Shown here piece by piece: positions 50,501 through 60,090 of a stretch of DNA of 64,000 nt. Source of the stretch: Ostreococcus lucimarinus (lineage: Eukaryota). The stretch lies in the NCBI GenBank assembly GCA_000092065.1, contig CP000584.1; one strand, written 5' to 3'. The notes below the pieces were generated by a model. It saw only the letters and a program-made list of their open reading frames with translations. It ran no database searches and had not been told where the DNA came from. Positions within the stretch are counted from its first letter, which is position 1. Every line of letters begins with the position of its first letter. The position numbers were made by a program, and so were the translations under genes.

Positions 50501-53500
50501 GTTGGTCCTTCTACATTTTTCGATTTCACTGGACCTGGTTGCGGGATTCACGTTAATAAACAACTAACTCTTCCAGTACGAAACGGCTACACCGTCTCGA
50601 TGTGGTTCCGCATCGAGCGGTTTCCGGAGTACGGCGGTCCAGTGCCGCTGTTTTCTTTACTATCGGGCGCTGGTAACGGCATTTTAGGAGAGTTACATGC
50701 GAACAAGCTCACGCTTGGCATTCGAGGATCCACGGGCACAGTTGATACCGCGTCGATCGACATCACAGTACGAGAGAACGAGTGGACTTTCTTAACGATT
50801 GTGCACCTTCCGGTGCGAATGTCGCAACCCCTGGTTCGTGTCTTCCTCGATGCTGGCATGGTTGGTCAGGCGAAGTTGCGTTACCCGATCAAGTCCACGG
50901 AAGCGATATCGTATTGTCGCATTGCTTCCGTGACGTTCGACGTTAGCCTAGAGAACGCGCACGTCAAGGTGTCACCGTTTTTCGGCCAACTGGGTTCGAC
51001 GCATATATTCGATGATGCCCTTTCGCAACCGGCGATTGCGATGATTCATGCACTCGGTGCAGATTATGTCGGACGTTTTAAGTCAACAGAATCGCAAACG
51101 GAAAGAATCCTTCAGGCAATCAGCGTGAACGCTGTCGAGGCTCGCGATACTCGCGAGTATCTCGCCGATCATCGACTGATTAGTATAAGCGCAGTCACCG
51201 TCGCCGGTCGAAGCGCTCAGTCGGAGGTGTACGACGTGAACGAATATGATTTGATCGGAGGGGCGAAAGTTTGCGTCACAAACTCAGTCAAAGACGTCGT
51301 GCACTGCCTCGGTGGTGTTCAAGTCGTTCTTCCAATCTTTTCTGACATCCTGCACGCCGCCGAGACGTCGAAACGGCGACAAATTGTTTGCGAAGGGGTT
51401 CATCTGCTCGTTGCTTTACTCGATGGAAGCAGACTCAATCAAGTTACGTTAACGTTGTGTGATGGGTACGCCTTGATTGCAAATCTTCTGCGAGAGAATG
51501 CAACGACTTTACTCTGTCCAGATTTACTCCCAGCACTCGACAGGCTTCGTCGTGCGGGCGGGATCGAGCACGAATCGGCATCGGCACGCATCGTCGTTGA
51601 TTTGCATCTTTGGTCCCTCGCCGATGACGCCACTCAAAAAGCGCATGGCGAGTACTTGTTGAGTTTGGCGACCAAACACTCGGATGGATTACGATTTCAT
51701 TTGCCAACAAGTGATCTCATCGATGCCCTCGATTTCACTCCAGGTGCGAGTGGAACGTCTCGTCGTCGAGTTTTGTTGGACGTGTTGAAGCAGCTTGTTA
51801 TCGACGCCCCGAATCAGATGATTGAGGAAACTGCGGAAACTATCGTTCACGTCATCGAAGAATGTGCCGACGAAGACACCGTTGGTGATGTTCTGCGCTG
51901 GCTAGTTAACTGCATGCAACCGGGTGAGGAAGTTCAGCCCACGCTCTACCAGGCTTTCACCAAGCTCGGCGGACCACTGCTGGCGCTATCGCCTTTGAGC
52001 AGGAGCTCCAGGCGAGTCCGCTCTTTCGCTCTTCTGTGGCTTGCAAACTTGATGCCTCCGCTCGAGGCTTCGAGCAAGAGTTCTGGGGGTGCCTCTCATA
52101 TATCTGCTGCTTTCGGCGCGGCCGCTGGTGCGCTGACTGCCACTCTCGGCGGCAAGTTCACGGCGACAGCGAGTCAGGATTTTGAAGTCGGCTTTTTCAC
52201 TGCAGTCGCGAACGCCCTCGAAAAATTCCCCCTCGATATCGCTGAATCCCGCTCGGCGCTCTTTGAGCTTTTACTTGGTGGCCAGGCGCTACCAGCGGAA
52301 AAAGTAGCCGAAAGGTTGAACAGGGAAAAGAATTCATCCGTGCGAGCTGCGGCTGGCAGGCTCTTTGCCAAAGTCACAGGCCACGGAAACGACGCGCAAA
52401 CCAAAGATAAGGAGTGTATTAGCGTTGGTGTACCCGGTATAGTCAATGCAGGCGCCGCTGGGGTGTTGCTTCGACTGATGAATTCAAGCGATAATGCGGA
52501 AATGCGTTTAAGCGTGCTCGAGCTGCTTCTCCAACTCGTGGAAGGTGCAAGCGTGAACGCACAGGCTGTGCTGGAGCAGCGAGGCTGGCAGACTTGGATC
52601 CTCCCCATCCTCAAAGACCACAGTGACGAAACGCAAAACGACGAGAAATCGATGGCTCGACGATTAATAACGGCACTTCTCTCGCACGCGGTGCTCAAGA
52701 CTGACGAAGGTCACCAGCACGTGTCGAACATGCTTGGCGTCATCGACATTCTCATCAAACGCGGCGTCTTAGCCGATGAGTCAGACTTAGCGCAGGAACT
52801 CCTTTCGGATTTGCTTGAGTGCATTCTCCCGACGCGAGCGTCTTCGTCCGAGCAAGACGAGTGGTCTGAAGTGCAAAATGTTGAGTCACCGATATGTCGT
52901 CGCAACCTTTCGAGACTTTTGCACATATTCGACTCAATCATTTCCGACACGTCCGCGACAGCGGCCGCGCTTGGAGTACCGAGTGCCTCCGATGCAAAGT
53001 CCAGCGTTAAGAAGATCTCTTGGAGATTTTACGACAACTTATGGAACCTATTAGATGCGATCTCTCCTCCTGGTCATCCCGTGGACGCGCCCGAAGAGAC
53101 GGCGGATGCCGTAAAATCCACAAACATGGCTCAAAAGCTGCACAGGCGAGCGAAGAGTATGATTCGTGATTTACCATTTTCGAGCAATAGCGAGAGCGAG
53201 TTTGATAGCGTCGAAGCCGTTGAGGCTCTGCGCAAGACTTGTCAGCGAATGGGATTCAGGTTGACCTTACTTTACGTGCGAGCGAGCGCGCTCGAAGAGT
53301 TGCAGACAGCACTGAATACGTGCATTGGACTTCTACCATCATTTTTGGCCCCAGTCTTGGTCGACAAGGATGGAAAAGCGATGGATACCGCGCCGCTAGG
53401 GAACAGAGCGCACTTGTTTATCGCGGATTTGATGCGTTACGTCGAGTTTGCTAAAAAGAGTGAAGATCCTGATGCGTCAACACGGTCGCAGCTCGTCGTA

Positions 53501-56500
53501 AATCTCGTTCGACTCGCATCTGAGGTTGGTAGACTTCTGCTTTCAGATTGCGCGAGCGTCGAGGAGTGCGCGCATTTGGACGGCCGTGATTTGATTTCTG
53601 AACAAAAGGTGGCAGCCGCCGCAGCGATCGAGGCCAAAGAGTCTAGGAAAGTCAAAGAGCTGCGCTCAAAAGTGAGTGAAAACTTTCTTTCCGAACGTAC
53701 GCGGCACGAGCAAAGGCAAGCGCAAGCCGAGACGGCACTGTTAGAGACTCATAAGTCTAAATTGGGTCCGGTAAGCGAGCGCGAGCGCGCACGTCGCGCG
53801 ATGCAGCGTCTGACGTTTGAAGAACGTTGCGATGTGCTCGCTCGTCGGTGGTCCGCGATGTTGCGCGACTTACAAGGTGAGCGAGGCGCGTGGGCGGCTG
53901 AAAACTGTGATGCAAAGGCGCACTGGAAACTCGACAAGTCTGAGGACTCATCGATGAGACGATCTCGTTTGAAGCGCGATTATAAGTTTGTGCAGTACGA
54001 AGACAATCAAAAAGGTGGCGAATCAACATTACAAAGCGATGTACAAGATATCCAAGCGGTTCGCCTCGTCGGCATGGGTCAAAAATGGAAGATGAATTCG
54101 GATAGCGACTACGTTGATGTCGATGATGTCGCAGACGAACTCGCAGAAAAACTCGCTGTGGACAAGGAGAACGCGATGCACAATAGGAGTAAAGTCGTGT
54201 TCAGCACGCCGGCATCACTCGTGACGCTCACGAGAACTGTACTGGGTAAGCTCAATGTCAGTCGTGATGCCGTTGTATTTGCCGCCGATCGTACGCATGA
54301 GAGTGCGAAAGATCATCGAAAACGTTTCTGGCGATGGAGCTTGAGTGAAATTGTCGAGGTACATCACATGCGATATCGCCTTCAGCACAAGGCTTTCGAG
54401 ATGCATTGCGCGGATCACACCAGTGCCTTTTTTGCGTTCGATACCAAGAAAACGGCGCGATACGCAGCTACGCGCGTGGCATCATCGGCGGGGGCGACTT
54501 TGATGAACAGACGTGCGAAAACTGAAGCAGCCGAACGCGCGAAGGAGCTCTGGCGCAGACAAAAACTGAGCACTTTCGATTATCTTATGGCCTTGAACGT
54601 CTTCGCCGGGCGAACGTTGCACGACTTGAGTCAATATCCCGTTTTCCCTTGGGTGTTGAAAGAATACGAAGCTGAAACAATAGATCTGGCCGACCCTTCG
54701 GTGTATCGAGATCTGAGAAAACCCGTTGGCGCGCTCAACGAAGAGCGTCTCAAGAACTTCGTTGAGAGATACAAGTCGCTGTTGGACGACCCTGACACGC
54801 CGCCTTTCCATTACGGCAGTCATTACTCATCGTCCCCGATCGTACTTTTCTTCTTGTTACGCCTGGAACCTTACACGAAACTCGCTCGAGCATTACAGGG
54901 CGACAGATTTGATCGAGCAGATCGCTTATTCCATTCGGTCGCGGAAACGTTCAAAGCTTGCGTAGAATCATCCGCTGATGTCAAGGAACTTATTCCAGAA
55001 TTTTACTACTCGTCCGAGTTCTTGACGAATACAAATGGACTAAAACTTGGGGTGCGACAGGACGGATCGACTATTGATGATGTAGTTCTCCCGCCTTGGG
55101 CCAAGGGTTCGAGGCACGAATTCACTCGAGTGATGCGGGAATCGCTAGAATCGGACTACGTAAGCGAAAATCTGCACCACTGGGTTGATTTGATTTTCGG
55201 GCACGCACAGCGAGGGGCCGCCGCGGTCGAGCGATGCAACGTGTTTTATTATCTCACATACGAAGGCGCCGTGGATATCGACACATTAGAAGATGATGAT
55301 CAACGGAACGCGATCGAGACACAAATCATCAACTTCGGTCAGACTCCCGCGCAAATTTTCAGGCGCGCGCACCCAGTTCGTCTGCCGCCCCAAGCGACAG
55401 AACACGTGGTTTCAATCTCTCCCGAATCGCTCAAACTCGCGACAGTTGTCTCATCCGAGTCTAACGGCCTACCGATGCGGGCGCAAGCGGTGGTGCACGC
55501 CACCGCGTACGATTCGCGTATTGCCGTGGTCACCGCTGGACGAATGGTTTCCATTCAGCGCTTACAACGTCCTGGAACGACATTCGGGCTGGGTGGCGTC
55601 GATCACTCAACCGCGTACGCGCTCGAACCAGAGACGACATCCCGGCTCATGCTCGAAATTGACGTCGACGCCGATTCGCTTGCGCATTCGCAATCCGTCA
55701 ATGTCGCTCTGAAAGGCAAAGTCTTGCTGAGTGTTGGCCATTGGGACAGAAGCATGCGTATTTTCGACATTGAGGAGGGGCGCGAGATGCAGCGTATCAG
55801 TGCACATCGAGATGTGACGACGTGTCTCGCGTTGTGCGAACTCGGGAGCTCGAGGAGCTGGGACGAGGCTTCGCACCAAATGGACCAAGTCATCGTGGTT
55901 ACGGGAAGTCGCGACACCACGCTCGCGATCTGGGAGATGGTGCTCCCTCAAGGAGGCTGGGGCTTTAGTAAAGGCACCAAAGTCCTGAGCGCCGAACCAA
56001 AAATGATCTGTTTCGGTCATGACGAAGCCATCACGTGCGTTGCTGTGAATTCATCGCTCAACTTGGTAGCGAGTGGCAGCATTGATGGCACCCTCATCCT
56101 GCACGACAGCCGGGATGGGCACATCGTTCGTGCATTGGAAAGCACCCCACCTGGGTGCATCCCATCGTCCATCGAATTGCTTCCAAAATCATCTCTCGTC
56201 GTGTGCGCGTGCGGCGTCGCCGGCGCGCTGTCCGTGCATGATGTCAACGGTGCCACACTCGCCAAATCGCTCAGTCGGCACGAAGCCTTTGACGCATTTT
56301 GCGTCACCCGCGACGAGCGACATATTCTCATCGGCAATCGTCGCGGAGACATCACTGTCCGCGCCGTGCATGATTTATCGATTCGTGCGCAAATCAACGT
56401 CGCCAACGCGGGCGTCGTCTCCATTTCACCCGTCGCGCGCGACGAGTGCCTCGTCGTCGGTCTTGCCGACGGTCGTGTGTGCCTCTGGGCGCCCGCGGCG

Positions 56501-56512
56501 CGTAGCCTTTAA
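47588..56512 (+). CDS. BEACH-domain protein (LYST/neurobeachin/LvsA-like): ARM-like N-region, ConA-like lectin domain, PH-BEACH, C-terminal WD40
   Basis: 2974 aa in a single exon. BEACH core 'STFDYLMALNVFAGRTLHDLSQYPVFPWVLKEYEAETIDL...PFHYGSHYSSSPIVLFFLLRLEPYT'. ConA-like 'NGYTVSMWFRIERFPEYGGPVPLFSLLS'. WD repeats 'GHWDRSMRIFD', 'TGSRDTTLAIWEM', 'SGSIDGTLILHD'. GC content of this gene is visibly lower than its surroundings. Confidence 0.9.
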   Translation: MNFIRRFANSSNPTLDARDATPPSTSAPDAAGARVELRSAETIDVPRVMNSMFDEGRDGDLVFSWQLMSGTANAGESSRREATNAFFDAFSETYARWEPARARGADEGDDSDVGCAVAHPRAVTLAAVEDAAGLGERLERALTGTVDVGGIEQRMASIGVETFRALEIMSRSAHNRVFMEQCGASRALANACKTCAQRMLTFSAGAASASKENSIEAGALLEALQHVVEHAVNVIDSFLGDAWALRSFNENGALLALIEVLRAEKVVVGRVHGDVRKMAISIERMAMRAIGRVMHGDAAVQKSIAGAGGLDIFFEGVYPIEADVSVDIAGFETSLMNLEISHTLLAGNKSNVERAQGIGLFTRVARLMRAANDLSETLVSDEASTSTTEGEVAGVPWSAQLLDDSLRCHEVIITDGYPSEVIKRLLKFVHQDTSAAGGWASKGAREMILKCLFDSIIEACSSSKESFKSDSECVRFRAHVLRFFSDAIDIDPAVLRVMRQARAWDMLLDADTYGAIPSVDHKNEYESVSESTTSILRRRVQIQTAALLLKACQIAAELSDCVDECNVLIGTITTRAIQPSVAIRLCRVLELLLIDSSHSVCKALSEVEAPGRLAGALNAQLKCWGCDQVAFIGEVGATANSAAFGSTLSALRACLNGPDVLAASALNNDGVSDLIFNELLWTNTTRDLAISAVVSLVGLRLHAPSPHASGAHREAWSSVARRFIQALPRARGTDITLLSAMLSGLRQMLNNPNGSGDSLREWISSEDGAEFVQIVALCDGDAGEEVGLDVIATLQAVISNSHSSASTFERSVGYDTLIDAIQCARGAGPVSKPLFDALMSFVIDDDYGTGGESSGIALRNAKALQMLLTLIGNLGASDELKDELLKAFKQMLSASVTSKATADAAGVLDFCLQWYVDANRRQAVLEVIALCSSFSMSTKHVRQIFRLLQGDSISADDQLQLLRVLQHSAKRVGPSTFFDFTGPGCGIHVNKQLTLPVRNGYTVSMWFRIERFPEYGGPVPLFSLLSGAGNGILGELHANKLTLGIRGSTGTVDTASIDITVRENEWTFLTIVHLPVRMSQPLVRVFLDAGMVGQAKLRYPIKSTEAISYCRIASVTFDVSLENAHVKVSPFFGQLGSTHIFDDALSQPAIAMIHALGADYVGRFKSTESQTERILQAISVNAVEARDTREYLADHRLISISAVTVAGRSAQSEVYDVNEYDLIGGAKVCVTNSVKDVVHCLGGVQVVLPIFSDILHAAETSKRRQIVCEGVHLLVALLDGSRLNQVTLTLCDGYALIANLLRENATTLLCPDLLPALDRLRRAGGIEHESASARIVVDLHLWSLADDATQKAHGEYLLSLATKHSDGLRFHLPTSDLIDALDFTPGASGTSRRRVLLDVLKQLVIDAPNQMIEETAETIVHVIEECADEDTVGDVLRWLVNCMQPGEEVQPTLYQAFTKLGGPLLALSPLSRSSRRVRSFALLWLANLMPPLEASSKSSGGASHISAAFGAAAGALTATLGGKFTATASQDFEVGFFTAVANALEKFPLDIAESRSALFELLLGGQALPAEKVAERLNREKNSSVRAAAGRLFAKVTGHGNDAQTKDKECISVGVPGIVNAGAAGVLLRLMNSSDNAEMRLSVLELLLQLVEGASVNAQAVLEQRGWQTWILPILKDHSDETQNDEKSMARRLITALLSHAVLKTDEGHQHVSNMLGVIDILIKRGVLADESDLAQELLSDLLECILPTRASSSEQDEWSEVQNVESPICRRNLSRLLHIFDSIISDTSATAAALGVPSASDAKSSVKKISWRFYDNLWNLLDAISPPGHPVDAPEETADAVKSTNMAQKLHRRAKSMIRDLPFSSNSESEFDSVEAVEALRKTCQRMGFRLTLLYVRASALEELQTALNTCIGLLPSFLAPVLVDKDGKAMDTAPLGNRAHLFIADLMRYVEFAKKSEDPDASTRSQLVVNLVRLASEVGRLLLSDCASVEECAHLDGRDLISEQKVAAAAAIEAKESRKVKELRSKVSENFLSERTRHEQRQAQAETALLETHKSKLGPVSERERARRAMQRLTFEERCDVLARRWSAMLRDLQGERGAWAAENCDAKAHWKLDKSEDSSMRRSRLKRDYKFVQYEDNQKGGESTLQSDVQDIQAVRLVGMGQKWKMNSDSDYVDVDDVADELAEKLAVDKENAMHNRSKVVFSTPASLVTLTRTVLGKLNVSRDAVVFAADRTHESAKDHRKRFWRWSLSEIVEVHHMRYRLQHKAFEMHCADHTSAFFAFDTKKTARYAATRVASSAGATLMNRRAKTEAAERAKELWRRQKLSTFDYLMALNVFAGRTLHDLSQYPVFPWVLKEYEAETIDLADPSVYRDLRKPVGALNEERLKNFVERYKSLLDDPDTPPFHYGSHYSSSPIVLFFLLRLEPYTKLARALQGDRFDRADRLFHSVAETFKACVESSADVKELIPEFYYSSEFLTNTNGLKLGVRQDGSTIDDVVLPPWAKGSRHEFTRVMRESLESDYVSENLHHWVDLIFGHAQRGAAAVERCNVFYYLTYEGAVDIDTLEDDDQRNAIETQIINFGQTPAQIFRRAHPVRLPPQATEHVVSISPESLKLATVVSSESNGLPMRAQAVVHATAYDSRIAVVTAGRMVSIQRLQRPGTTFGLGGVDHSTAYALEPETTSRLMLEIDVDADSLAHSQSVNVALKGKVLLSVGHWDRSMRIFDIEEGREMQRISAHRDVTTCLALCELGSSRSWDEASHQMDQVIVVTGSRDTTLAIWEMVLPQGGWGFSKGTKVLSAEPKMICFGHDEAITCVAVNSSLNLVASGSIDGTLILHDSRDGHIVRALESTPPGCIPSSIELLPKSSLVVCACGVAGALSVHDVNGATLAKSLSRHEAFDAFCVTRDERHILIGNRRGDITVRAVHDLSIRAQINVANAGVVSISPVARDECLVVGLADGRVCLWAPAARSL

Positions 56513-56667
56513 CTGCATTGTAAAATAACTAGCTCAATCCGTTGATCCATCGTCGTCCTCGCGCGACATCGCATCTCGCGCCAGCCGCGCCAGTGACTGG
56601 CCAGTTGCGGCGCAAGATGAACGCAATCCGAATCGCACGTCACTTGCGGCCGCATCGAACGCGCAGC

Positions 56668-57336
56668 ATGACGAAGGCGAAGAAAACCAAGCCCGCGCAC
56701 AAGTCGAACAAGAAGAAGAAGGTCGCCCCCGCGAACCGCGCGACGACGCGCGCGGCGCTGCAGAAAACGCCGACGAGGGGAAAGACGGTGCCGGCGAAGT
56801 TGACGGAGAAAAATATGACGCCCAAGGCGCTGAGGACGCCAAAGACGCCGAAGATGACGTCTGCGGGCGTGGCGAAGAAGCCTCGGTCGAGCACAAAGTC
56901 GGACGGGCGGCGAACGACGCCGAAGAAACCTAAAAATACGACGTCGTATATCATGAATCAGCGCAAGTACGGTGCGCAACCGCCGACGCCAAGACCGTTG
57001 AGTGGGATGAAGAGCCCGAGATTGGAAACGCTGGCGACGGCAACGATGAAACCGCCAGCAAGTGGATTAGATATGTTCGGAAGCATGCTCGGGGCGTTGT
57101 CGCCGGCGGCGTTAGAGAGGGTCGAGGTCGAAGGTGAGGAGTCGACGTCGGAAGTTATCAAACTGTGTTCGATTATTACCGAGCAAGCGAAGACGATTCA
57201 GCGATTGGAGTCGGAGGTTAATCACCTGCGGGCGCAGTTACAGGCTCGAGCGGTCGCGCCAGTCCCAACGTTGCGTCGTGTACCGTCAACGACATCTGAG
57301 TTGGCGTCGCGCATTGCCGGTTTGTTCAAGCGATGA
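56668..57336 (+). CDS. Lys/Pro/Thr-rich basic protein with (T/S)PKK-type motifs and C-terminal coiled coil, hypothetical
   Basis: 'MTKAKKTKPAHKSNKKKKVAP...TPKALRTPKTPKMTSAGVAKKPRSSTKSDGRRTTPKKPK' then the helix 'SEVIKLCSIITEQAKTIQRLESEVNHLRAQLQA'. ATG at 56668. TGTAA lies 13 nt after the stop. Confidence 0.4.
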   Translation: MTKAKKTKPAHKSNKKKKVAPANRATTRAALQKTPTRGKTVPAKLTEKNMTPKALRTPKTPKMTSAGVAKKPRSSTKSDGRRTTPKKPKNTTSYIMNQRKYGAQPPTPRPLSGMKSPRLETLATATMKPPASGLDMFGSMLGALSPAALERVEVEGEESTSEVIKLCSIITEQAKTIQRLESEVNHLRAQLQARAVAPVPTLRRVPSTTSELASRIAGLFKR

Positions 57337-57401
57337 ACGTCGCTAATGATTTGTAATCTTCACATTGTACTACGTGCCGCAAGTCGGTTTCTTATCGGTG
57401 C

Positions 57402-59909
57402 CTAAACCGTCATATACTTTCGTAGAATCGCGCGCGCTAAGCCGTTTGCGTTCGAAGAACGATAGATGAGGGATAAGTTGTACGCCGCTTCGCGACGCAA
57501 ATCGTCCGCCTCGGAGCTCACCGGCATCTCCAGACAACGCTCATAAATCGGACGAGCGAGGTGCGGAAAGCCGAGATGTTGCAGGCCTCGGGCCAAGTTG
57601 TACATCCCTTCTTGTGGGCTTGTCGTGTTCAACTCCGCGGTACGTTCGAGCAGAACGACAGCTCGAAGCGCCAGTGCGTGACGCTGCTGCTCGTTTGAAT
57701 TTCTCGTTGCCATGTGCAAAAGAGAAATCGCCGCACATAAATTCACCTCGTGATCGTTCGGCGCGATCGTGAGAGCCGTGAGGAAATCGTGCATTGCTAT
57801 AGACCACTTTTTGTTCCACGTGTGAACGTACCCAGATGCCATCAAAGGTAGCAGACGTTCGCGTGAGGCATCGTCGAGGCTACTCGCGACGAGACGCTTG
57901 GCGAGCTTTGATGTTCCAACGCTGAGCGCTCGAGGATAATCGATAGCCATGTGCATCAGCATGTTCCAAACCGTTACCGAATTCGGGAATACCTCAAGAA
58001 CACTACGACAGCTTGCCGCAGACTCTTGCAAATCGCCCATCATGTACGCCACGAGCGACTTTAGGTATCGTAGCGAAGCCGTCTGCTCTCGCGTCAGCAC
58101 GCTCCCCGCGGAGAATGAAAGCGCATGATTCACGATGGTTCCCGCTTCTTCGTGTCGACCGAGCCGAATAGCGACCTCGGCACCGCTTATAATATTAGCA
58201 AACACATCATCATCTGATATCCGAACGTTATCGTCCACGAAATCATCGCTCCCCTGTCCCGCGCGTTGGAGCTTGCGTTGCGATCTTTTTTCGCTCAAGT
58301 CTTCCAAGAGCTTCAACGCAGCTGGAATGATGACAGTCAGTTCGGCTTCGCTCAAGAGCTTTCTTTGTAAAGCAGTCACGCGCAATAAAATGCCATATTT
58401 CTGTACCTCGACGTCATCTAAATTTGACACAAGTGACCTCGCCCGCCTCAACGATTCTTCGTCGTCTTGAAAACGCGAAAGCGAATCGGCTAGAGATACG
58501 GCGATGAATACGTCGCTCGGGTGCTTGTCATGGAGCATGTCGTAAAATTCGACTACCGCGCGCAAGCCCCTCGATTGCTGAACGCATCGCTCTACGCGCT
58601 GCCACATATCGACATTGTCGTACTCGTCGAGCGCGATTAAGTGCATGAACACCTCTTCCGCCTTCGACGCCAACCCAACCTCCATCAGAGTTTTTCCGCA
58701 GTCAAAGTACAAGTCATCAAACTCAGTCACCTTGTGCCGCAAGAGCTCTTCAATGCGCTCCATGCCTTCTTCCGTTTGTCCTTCGTAAAGCAAACATTGA
58801 CCTTGTTTTACGGAAATGTCCAAAGGCAGCTGTCCAGAGTCGACGTGCTCTAAAATATTCGCGCGCGAACGCTCGACAATTTCTAGTACCTCGGAATACT
58901 TGCGGAACTCAATCTTCAACTCAATCAAAATGTTCACCACTGTGGCGTCGATGTGCTGTGGATACGCTTTCAGCATGTGCTCTAGAGCATGCTCAGCCTT
59001 ATCTCGCATATCAGCACTATAATACAACTTGGCGAGCAAGACCACGGCGTCACGCAAAATAGCGCCGTCGAGCGGCGGCAAATCGTCCTTCAGCACCCAC
59101 TCAAGTTGCTCAATCGCCTTTTTCGCATCTCCAAGCTCCGAATACAACGTTGCTTGATCCATTTTATTCTCGTAATTGTGCGGGTCAGACCTCGCCGCCT
59201 TTGCTAAGCAATGTATGGCGTAATCTTTGTTGTTCACGTTTACCGCCAGCGACGCCATGCGATACCACATCGACGGGTCCACCCCACGCTTCACCGCCGT
59301 CGCCAAAGAGTAACTATCCAACGCCTTTTCTAAATCGTTCGTTTCCTCGTACACCAGCGCCAATTGCTCGTACGGTTCGCTCGAATGCGGGATTTTCACA
59401 ATCGCCGCGTGCAACTTACTCACCGCCTCGGCGTATTCGCCCCGCGCGTACAATATGGTCGCATCACTCATTAAATCGTTTGCCTCCATCGCTTGCTTCG
59501 ACCGCGCCGACTTCTTCTGTCGCCCCTTTCGCCGCCGTTTCCTACTCTCGTTCACGCCGCCCATGCGCAAAAACGCCGCCATGGTCGGGTTTCGTCGCGC
59601 CGTCGCCTCGTCGTCGTCGTCGTCACGCGCCGTACCTCCACCGCGTCCTCCCGACCCATCGCTCGTGCCCGCCAGCGTCGACCGCTCGTACGCGACGACT
59701 TTCTCCGCCAGTCTTCCCTCGCGCAGGAGCTCGAGTCCATCGAACGCTCGACCGTCGCGTTCGTTGTCGGAATCGGTTTCTTCGTCTTCGTTCGATTCTG
59801 ATTCGGATGCGTCGTCGCCGGCGCGCGCGTGGGGCTTGCCGTGCACTCGCAGACGCCTCGCGCACGAGGGCTCGTCTACATCGTCGATCGCGCGCCCGGG
59901 GAGGGACAT
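57402..59909 (-). CDS. TFIIIC TPR-repeat subunit (GTF3C3/Tfc4-like)
   Basis: Acidic N-terminal region, then tetratricopeptide repeats throughout ('AEAVSKLHAAIVKIPHSSEPYEQLALVYEETNDLEKALDSYSLATAV...'). C-terminus 'AAYNLSLIYRSSNANGLARAILRKYMTV' vs yeast Tfc4 'AAYNSIIIYQQSGNVELADHLMEKYLSI'. ATG at 59909; the track start at 59957 is TTG. Confidence 0.75.
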   Translation of the reverse strand: MSLPGRAIDDVDEPSCARRLRVHGKPHARAGDDASESESNEDEETDSDNERDGRAFDGLELLREGRLAEKVVAYERSTLAGTSDGSGGRGGGTARDDDDDEATARRNPTMAAFLRMGGVNESRKRRRKGRQKKSARSKQAMEANDLMSDATILYARGEYAEAVSKLHAAIVKIPHSSEPYEQLALVYEETNDLEKALDSYSLATAVKRGVDPSMWYRMASLAVNVNNKDYAIHCLAKAARSDPHNYENKMDQATLYSELGDAKKAIEQLEWVLKDDLPPLDGAILRDAVVLLAKLYYSADMRDKAEHALEHMLKAYPQHIDATVVNILIELKIEFRKYSEVLEIVERSRANILEHVDSGQLPLDISVKQGQCLLYEGQTEEGMERIEELLRHKVTEFDDLYFDCGKTLMEVGLASKAEEVFMHLIALDEYDNVDMWQRVERCVQQSRGLRAVVEFYDMLHDKHPSDVFIAVSLADSLSRFQDDEESLRRARSLVSNLDDVEVQKYGILLRVTALQRKLLSEAELTVIIPAALKLLEDLSEKRSQRKLQRAGQGSDDFVDDNVRISDDDVFANIISGAEVAIRLGRHEEAGTIVNHALSFSAGSVLTREQTASLRYLKSLVAYMMGDLQESAASCRSVLEVFPNSVTVWNMLMHMAIDYPRALSVGTSKLAKRLVASSLDDASRERLLPLMASGYVHTWNKKWSIAMHDFLTALTIAPNDHEVNLCAAISLLHMATRNSNEQQRHALALRAVVLLERTAELNTTSPQEGMYNLARGLQHLGFPHLARPIYERCLEMPVSSEADDLRREAAYNLSLIYRSSNANGLARAILRKYMTV

Positions 59910-60090
59910 CGCGCGCGCGCGTCGCACGATGGCGTGCGACGGTTGTCTGTGCGCCAACTGAACTCGCTCGCGTCTCGCGCCTCGTTCGACTTGACTACTT
60001 TTGCTTTTTGTGTTACACGTGGTATTTCTAATGTGTGTGTTTGAATGTCGTTTGAATGTCGTTAATCGTGTTGTTCTGATCGTCGCGCGC

